From Bacteroidota bacterium (lineage in GTDB: Bacteria > Bacteroidota > Bacteroidia > 2-12-FULL-35-15), in contig SXIH01000067.1 of NCBI GenBank assembly GCA_005772895.1, positions 13,163 to 77,162 of the forward strand: 64,000 nt of DNA, written 5' to 3'. This document shows positions 58,103 to 64,000 of the stretch, in pieces. Position numbers and translations under genes: made by a program. The stretch's first letter is position 1. Each line of letters starts with the position of its first letter. The notes beneath the pieces were generated by a model. The model was not told the origin of the DNA, made no database searches, and saw only the letters and a program-made list of their open reading frames with translations.

Positions 58103-58901
58103 ATTTTGTTAATTCAGAAAATAAGAATGATTTAAAATCAGGATGGAATTTATTAGGCAATCCATCATCTAATCGAGGAAAGATAAAGTCTGTTTTTAAT
58201 TCAGTTATTATTTTATCGACAGCATTAGGAATCCATCTCCGGTCATAATCGGATATTTTGTTTTTGGAACGAGCAACATTCATTTTAGAATTTATTTTTT
58301 GATATTCGTTTCTTCCATCATGTAAAACGTATACTCCTCCATTATTCTTTTTAACTTTTTTAGTAAAGTGGCTCACAAATTTTACCATCCCCTTAGGATT
58401 TACTTTATGATCGAAAAAGAAATCGGTGACAGGAAGTAATTGCATATTTTTTGATTCCCAAAAAGTAATATGCTTTTTAAAATAAGCTCCGTATCCTGGA
58501 CGAAAATATTCAACTTGATGGGTGTTGCTTTCCGTTGCTTCATAAATGGCATTGTTACAAGCATCAATATCCTCTGAAATGGTTTTCATCCGCTTAAAAA
58601 TAAATGGATCGCCTGCATGACCATGATTTCCTATGACGTGCCCATCTAAAAATATTTGTTTTACAATTCCAGGATGTTGCTTTACATTTTTTCCTATCAA
58701 ACAAAAAGCAGCTTTTACATTGTGTACTTTTAAAACAGAAAGTAAATCTAATGTGATGTTGTCTATGTGGTTGGGACCATCATCAAAGGTGAGTAAAACG
58801 GGTTTAAAACCTGAATTCCCTTTTAAATAAGGGCGAACGATAGAGTAGCGCTGAATAGGCAGAACAGAGGAGAAGGAACTTATGTTTTTTAAAACTCTCA
58901 T
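58101..58901 (-). CDS. NodB-type polysaccharide deacetylase
   Basis: LTFDDGP, GHVIGNHG, YFRPGYG and VLHDG motifs. Confidence 0.85.
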   Translation of the reverse strand: MRVLKNISSFSSVLPIQRYSIVRPYLKGNSGFKPVLLTFDDGPNHIDNITLDLLSVLKVHNVKAAFCLIGKNVKQHPGIVKQIFLDGHVIGNHGHAGDPFIFKRMKTISEDIDACNNAIYEATESNTHQVEYFRPGYGAYFKKHITFWESKNMQLLPVTDFFFDHKVNPKGMVKFVSHFTKKVKKNNGGVYVLHDGRNEYQKINSKMNVARSKNKISDYDRRWIPNAVDKIITELKTDFIFPRLDDGLPNKFHPDFKSFLFSELTK

Positions 58902-59398
58902 TTTTTTCTAACTGCATAAATCCATTCGTCTAAAAATTCTCCGTTCTTGAAAAGTGTTTTTTCGAATTTTCCTTCCAATTTAAATCCTGCTTTTTCCAAA
59001 ACTCTTTGTGATGCTGCATTGGTTCCATAAGGGCGGGCATAAATGCGTGTGATGTCGAAATTTTTGAAACCGTATTCAACTATTTGAGGAATTGCTTTTG
59101 AAATAATTCCATTTCCCCAAAACGGCTCTGCCAGCCAATAACCTAATTCTGCATTTTTTCGTTGTACATCGTCTTGAGGATGGATTCCAATGCCTCCACA
59201 CGCTTCTCCATTTATGTCAATTGCAAAAATATTTGTTGGGTTATTTTTCGTAGCCTTTTCAATGAACATCTTTCCATGTTCGATAGTATATGGATGAGGA
59301 AATTTGTCAGTCAGGTTGTTAGCAATTTTTGGATTGTTTGCGTATTTAACAAAACTCTCTAAATCATTTATAGTAAAAGGGCGGAGGGTGAAATGCAT
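58898..59398 (-). CDS. RimJ/RimL-type GNAT acetyltransferase
   Basis: AELGYWLAEPFWGNGI and NAASQRVLEKAGFKLEG motifs. Confidence 0.93.
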   Translation of the reverse strand: MHFTLRPFTINDLESFVKYANNPKIANNLTDKFPHPYTIEHGKMFIEKATKNNPTNIFAIDINGEACGGIGIHPQDDVQRKNAELGYWLAEPFWGNGIISKAIPQIVEYGFKNFDITRIYARPYGTNAASQRVLEKAGFKLEGKFEKTLFKNGEFLDEWIYAVRKK

Positions 59399-59409
59399 GT
59401 TGTGCTGGA

Positions 59410-61023
59410 CTATTTTTTATGTAATCGTTTTATTGTTTTGTCGATGTATTTTGTTGTTGGCAGTAATGATTGCTGTATCCGTTTGGCATAATAAATACTA
59501 TCCAAGATTTCTTTTTGTTTTTCTTCAATCATTTCTTTTGCTCTTTCTACTTTTTCTTTTTGTTTTGAAATAACAGAATGTGCATCTCTTTTAAGTTTGT
59601 AAATTCTAAAAATGTAAAATACCAGAATAAACAACACAAGAAAGCCGGCAATAAAACCATTACGTTGGTAGGACTTCTGTTTTGCGTCTGCTTCCTGAAT
59701 CTTAATTTCGTTATCTTTTAAAAGCAAGTCTTTATCTTTCTTTTCAGATTCATACTTGGCATTCATTTCATTAATCTGTTTGCTGTTTGTTTCTGTCATT
59801 ATGGAATCTTTCATGTCGCTATATTGCTTATGGAGCAAATAGGCATTCCTGGTATCTCCTTTTTTGAATAATATCTCAGCCAATAATGTATAGCTTTCAA
59901 TGATCATGTCTTTTGATCCGTACTTTTTACATAAATCAAATGAAATTCTTGCGGTATTTTCTGCTTCATTCAATTTTCCCATTTGAGAATAAATAACCGC
60001 GAGATTTTTGTAATTGATGGCTACACCTGAGGAATCGTTTGATTTAATATGAGCCTCTTTTGAACGATTAGAAAACTCTATTGCTTTCGTATAGTTTTGC
60101 ATCTGTGCATAAACATCACAAATGTTATTTGTAACTGAAGCAATACCTGCAATATCTCCGAGTTGTTCATGTACCTCTAACGCTTTCATTAAAAAAACCA
60201 AACATGTTTCATTGTTGCCAAACATGGAATAAGCTCCTGCAATATTATTCATTGTTGTGGCCTGAGCATTTTTATCTCCTAATTTTATTCTGATTTCAAG
60301 TGCTTTTTTAAGATTTTTAAATGCATTTAATGAATCTCCTCTATAAATAAAAAATATTCCCAAATTCTCTAAAGTGTTTCCTGCATTACTATAATCTTTT
60401 AACTCTTCCTGTATGAGCAAAGCCCTTTGATAGCAATCTAATTCTTTTTTATAGTCTCCGATTTCTCCATAAACCAAACCCATATTCATTAAGCCTGTTG
60501 CAATTGATTTTTTATCTTTTAATTGCTCAGAACATTTTTGGCTAATTGCATGATATTTCAAAGCATTTTCTTTGTCTCCCATTTTGTAATAACAATTGGC
60601 AGCGCCCGAAGAAAAAAAAGATTGTGCATTAATGTTATTTGTTTTACTAGCTTCCTCTAAGCCTGGAAGAAAAATATCAAGTGCTTTTTTTCTTTCTCCA
60701 TAATAATACAAAGTGAGAGCTTGATTATTGAGAGCACCAAAATATCCCTTTTGCCAGTCTAATTTGTTTGAAGCGTCTAATGCTTGTAATGCATAATACA
60801 TTGCTTTGTCTTTATCCGATTGCCGGTAGTTTTCGGATAGTTTATTATAAAGCCTTATTTGATTAGTATCTGCCTTGCTTTTTTTAACCTCTTGTAATAA
60901 TGAATCAATAATTTTAGTCCTTAAATTATTTTTTTGAGCAGAAGTGATAATTGAAAATAAAAGCAGACAACTAAGAAGAATGTTTTTTAGTTGTTCTGAC
61001 TTAATAAGTGAGTAGCTATTCAT
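59410..61023 (-). CDS. Periplasmic TPR sensor with TM helix and coiled coil, lacking an output domain
   Basis: Multiple TPRs, KYESEKKD, TM segment, ends KEILDSIYYAKRIQQSLLP...KRLHKK. Confidence 0.85.
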   Translation of the reverse strand: MNSYSLIKSEQLKNILLSCLLLFSIITSAQKNNLRTKIIDSLLQEVKKSKADTNQIRLYNKLSENYRQSDKDKAMYYALQALDASNKLDWQKGYFGALNNQALTLYYYGERKKALDIFLPGLEEASKTNNINAQSFFSSGAANCYYKMGDKENALKYHAISQKCSEQLKDKKSIATGLMNMGLVYGEIGDYKKELDCYQRALLIQEELKDYSNAGNTLENLGIFFIYRGDSLNAFKNLKKALEIRIKLGDKNAQATTMNNIAGAYSMFGNNETCLVFLMKALEVHEQLGDIAGIASVTNNICDVYAQMQNYTKAIEFSNRSKEAHIKSNDSSGVAINYKNLAVIYSQMGKLNEAENTARISFDLCKKYGSKDMIIESYTLLAEILFKKGDTRNAYLLHKQYSDMKDSIMTETNSKQINEMNAKYESEKKDKDLLLKDNEIKIQEADAKQKSYQRNGFIAGFLVLFILVFYIFRIYKLKRDAHSVISKQKEKVERAKEMIEEKQKEILDSIYYAKRIQQSLLPTTKYIDKTIKRLHKK

Positions 61024-61052
61024 AACAATAAATATAAGACTATTTTATTGCT

Positions 61053-61388
61053 TTAAGAACCTTCTTGTATGGAAGGGCATTTGTGAGTTCCGTAAGTGCA
61101 AAAAACACAGCAGTCGCCTTCTTTAGGATGTAATTCAGCATTGCATTTCTCACAAGTGTATTTAAGTAAACAAACATCGGTAGGCATTTCTTCCATTTTT
61201 TTATGGCCACATTTCGGACAAGTAATTTCTGATTTGATGGATGTTTCGGATGTTTTTGTTGGATCTATCGGAACTGTAATACTGTCTGCGGTTTGTTTTT
61301 CATCAGGTGATTTTGATTCGGGATTGTTGCAACAAATCAAAAAAAATGTGCTGATTATAAAAATGGAGAGAGAAATTGTATTTGACAT
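61053..61388 (-). CDS. GDCCVxC domain protein with lipoprotein-like leader
   Basis: ITCPKCG...MPTDVC...C..C....PKEGDCCVFCTYG...CP.IQ; hydrophobic leader ending ICC. Confidence 0.88.
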   Translation of the reverse strand: MSNTISLSIFIISTFFLICCNNPESKSPDEKQTADSITVPIDPTKTSETSIKSEITCPKCGHKKMEEMPTDVCLLKYTCEKCNAELHPKEGDCCVFCTYGTHKCPSIQEGS

Positions 61389-61436
61389 TGGTTTAATATT
61401 TTGCTACTTACTAATGTACAAAAAACATTCGTGAAT

Positions 61437-61464
61437 AAAAAACGCCCTCCGGATGGAAGGCGTT
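61437..61464 (-). terminator. Intrinsic terminator after gdh
   Basis: Minus strand aacgccttcc-atcc-ggagggcgtt followed by a T run. Confidence 0.75.
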
Positions 61465-61505
61465 GTCTTAAAACCATATTACTTTTTACCTAGTCACTTA
61501 GTCAC

Positions 61506-62774
61506 CTAGTAGTGTCCTCTAGCTTTAATGCCATATTCTACTTTTTTCAAAGCTGTAATGTATGCACCAATACGCATAGTGGTTTTATATTGTTGTCCGT
61601 TATTCCAAACGCTTTCGAAAGCAAGTGTCATTGATGCATCGTGTTTTGCATTTACTTCATCTTCTGACCAGTAATATCCTTGGTTATTTTGTACCCACTC
61701 GAAATAAGAAACTGTTACTCCGCCACCATTCGCTAAAATATCCGGAACCACAATAATTCCTTTTTCATTCAACACGTGGTCTGCTTCAGCTGTTGTTGGT
61801 CCGTTAGCTCCCTCAACAATTAATTTTGCTTTAATACTGTGAGCAATTTCTTCGGTGATAACATTTTGTAATGCTGCAGGAACTAAAACATCCACATTTG
61901 CTGTTAAAAGTTCAGCTGGTTTTATTTCTACACCACCTGTAAATCCTTTTAATACATTTCCATTTGCTTTAGCATAATCCAATGCTGCTTTAATATCAAT
62001 TCCTTTTTCGTTCCAAAGTGTTGCTGTATGGTCGCCTATTGCACAAATTTTAATTCCTTGTTCATACAAGAAACGTGCAGCGTGTGAACCTACATTTCCA
62101 AAACCTTGAACAGCACAAGTAACTTTTTTAGCATCCAAGTTCATTTTTTTCAAAGCAGCCATAGTTGCAACCATAACGCCACGACCTGTAGCTGCATCAC
62201 GACCTAATGAACCGCCTAAGCCAACCGGTTTACCAGTTGTAACCCCAGGGAAATTTCCACGGTGAACTTTGTTGTATGCTTCAACTAACCAAGCCATTTC
62301 TCTTCCGCTTGTTCCCATATCAGGAGCTGGAATATCTTTTGTTGGTCCAAAAACATCAGCCATTGCAACTGTATAAGCTTTTGTTAATCTTTCTAATTCT
62401 CCAACACTCATTTTGCGGGGATCGCATTTTATTCCACCTTTTCCACCACCATAAGGAAGGTTAGCAACAGCACATTTAAATGTCATCCAAGCAGAAAGGG
62501 CTTTTACTTCATCATCACAAACATCCATTGCATAACGGATTCCACCTTTTGATGGTCCTAATACAGTAGAGTGAACTGTTCTATATCCTTCAAAAACCTG
62601 TAATTTTCCATCGTCCATCATTACCGGAAGACTTACTTTTACTTGTTTCTGTGGATTTCTTAATACTGAGGTAACTTCATCTGATAAACCATAAATTTTT
62701 GCAGCCACGTCTAGTCGGGCAAGAACTGCATCAAACATACTGTCGTGACTTTCTACTGTTGTCTTAGTTGTCAT
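61506..62774 (-). CDS. gdhA: Glutamate dehydrogenase (Glu/Leu/Phe/Val family)
   Basis: GPSKGGIRY, LPYGGGKGG, DIPAPD, QGFGNVG, EGANGP and GGVTVSYFEW motifs. Confidence 0.95.
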   Translation of the reverse strand: MTTKTTVESHDSMFDAVLARLDVAAKIYGLSDEVTSVLRNPQKQVKVSLPVMMDDGKLQVFEGYRTVHSTVLGPSKGGIRYAMDVCDDEVKALSAWMTFKCAVANLPYGGGKGGIKCDPRKMSVGELERLTKAYTVAMADVFGPTKDIPAPDMGTSGREMAWLVEAYNKVHRGNFPGVTTGKPVGLGGSLGRDAATGRGVMVATMAALKKMNLDAKKVTCAVQGFGNVGSHAARFLYEQGIKICAIGDHTATLWNEKGIDIKAALDYAKANGNVLKGFTGGVEIKPAELLTANVDVLVPAALQNVITEEIAHSIKAKLIVEGANGPTTAEADHVLNEKGIIVVPDILANGGGVTVSYFEWVQNNQGYYWSEDEVNAKHDASMTLAFESVWNNGQQYKTTMRIGAYITALKKVEYGIKARGHY

Positions 62775-62931
62775 AAATTTTTATGTTCGGTTCCTATTAA
62801 TCTTTAGAGAGTAGGAACGCATTAAAGTCTGCGAATTTAAGTAAAATTATAAACTATGGAAAATGTAATCGCTAAATCTCGTATTTACTTCGTTTAAAAG
62901 GATTTTTTTGCCCTTTTTTGTCATTTTACGA

Positions 62932-63753
62932 CTATAAATGATTAAAATACTGGGATAGGTATAAGTATGTGAAAACGAACGGGGTAGCCATTAATAAGCT
63001 GTCAAATCGGTCCAAAATACCACCATGTCCGGGTAATAATGTCCCCGAATCCTTCACATTCTTGCTTCTTTTATATAATGATTCAACCAAGTCGCCTAAA
63101 GTGCCAGCAACTATTAAAATTGCCGCTATAACCATCCAATCTATAATACTGAAATCGGTATACCATTTTGAGATAATAAATACTACAATATAGCTGGCAA
63201 TAGCTCCTCCGATACTTCCTTCCCATGATTTTCCCGGAGAAACTCTTGGGAATAGTTTTCTTTTCCCAAATGCTGAACCGGCTAAATATGCTCCCGAATC
63301 GTTACTCCACAAAATAAAGAAAAACCCAAATAATAGTTCGTAATTATATTTTCCTGTATAAGTAACTAAGTAGTTCAATAAAGAAAACGGAACAGCAACA
63401 TAAACGATTCCTAAAATGGTAAATGCAATATTTCTGAATGGATTTGCTGCTTTTGTATATAATTCAGAAATGAAAATGAAAAATACAATTGGAATGTTGA
63501 TGATCAATAAATGATAATCATACCCCATACAAACCAAAGATGTTGTTGCAAAAATACAGGCTCCGGTAATTGTTCCGATTATTTTTTGAGGCAGATTTTC
63601 TCCTTTTTCGGAAAGCGTATAAAATTCCCAAAGTCCTAAAACGGTAATGATAAAAAATAAAACAGAGAAGGAGAGTTGATTGTAATAAGTGCATCCTAAA
63701 AGAACTGCAACAAATGCACCTGCGGTAAGTGTACGTTTTAAAAAGTTGTTCAT
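62932..63753 (-). CDS. cdsA: Phosphatidate cytidylyltransferase
   Basis: NDSGAY..G..FGK, SPGKSWEG and GDLVES..KR...KDSG.LLPGHGGILDRFDS motifs. Confidence 0.96.
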   Translation of the reverse strand: MNNFLKRTLTAGAFVAVLLGCTYYNQLSFSVLFFIITVLGLWEFYTLSEKGENLPQKIIGTITGACIFATTSLVCMGYDYHLLIINIPIVFFIFISELYTKAANPFRNIAFTILGIVYVAVPFSLLNYLVTYTGKYNYELLFGFFFILWSNDSGAYLAGSAFGKRKLFPRVSPGKSWEGSIGGAIASYIVVFIISKWYTDFSIIDWMVIAAILIVAGTLGDLVESLYKRSKNVKDSGTLLPGHGGILDRFDSLLMATPFVFTYLYLSQYFNHL

Positions 63754-63770
63754 TTTAGTCGCATTATTGT

Positions 63771-64000
63771 TTACTCTACATGCACATCATCAATCAAAAA
63801 TACAAATAGCTCTTTTGGTCCGTGAGCACCTTGTACCAATGTTTTTTCAATGTCAGCAGTTTTACTCGGACCTGTAATTGTAGAAATCATAGAAGGCAAT
63901 TTGTCGCTATATTTTTCACGGATCAGTTTCAACCCATCTTTTATGTTTCCAACCAGCTGAGAGGTGTATGCAACCACAATGTGAAAATTAGCATATACGG
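63771..64000 (-). CDS. LUD-domain (LutC/YkgG-like) protein, C-terminal part (truncated by window edge)
   Basis: ITGPSKTADIEKTLVQGAHGPKEL motif. Confidence 0.9.
   Translation of the reverse strand, partial: VYANFHIVVAYTSQLVGNIKDGLKLIREKYSDKLPSMISTITGPSKTADIEKTLVQGAHGPKELFVFLIDDVHVE

Noticed and set aside
61053..61388. Selenoprotein
   Set aside because: All motif positions are Cys, there is no in-frame TGA, and the ORF ends in TAA.
61491..61510. tagtcac(t/c) microrepeat at the gdh stop
   Set aside because: Only ~2.5 units, like other scattered microrepeats (for example 54432-54454); nothing further supports a function.

Overview
AT-rich Bacteroidota chromosome window, judged from TAnnTTTG promoters, type IX secretion cargo with a PorP/SprF partner, and TonB-dependent receptors. 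It is mostly housekeeping and envelope genes (hemE, wecB, upp, psd, yidC, rluB, hemW, Mrp/NifU, pyrG, mqnA, gdh, cdsA), plus an 8.6-kb SprB-like adhesin gene and many REP-like palindromes. The most unusual region is 39.1-42.3 kb. An rve/DDE transposase is followed by a ~80-bp non-coding end module: promoter -7 box, hairpin, a 26-bp invariant block, then CAAAyAGAA. This module is fused directly to the 3' half of a tRNA (Lys-like). A second, transposase-less copy of the module faces it and is fused to the 3' part of a different tRNA (Ser-like). The two tRNA 3' ends cap a ~370-bp fragment cut out of a gene pair, and a type IV toxin-antitoxin pair lies on the other side. This looks like a tRNA-associated DDE mobile element with a possible chimeric end-RNA; the mechanism is inference only. 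All calls come from reading motifs by eye; no searches were run.
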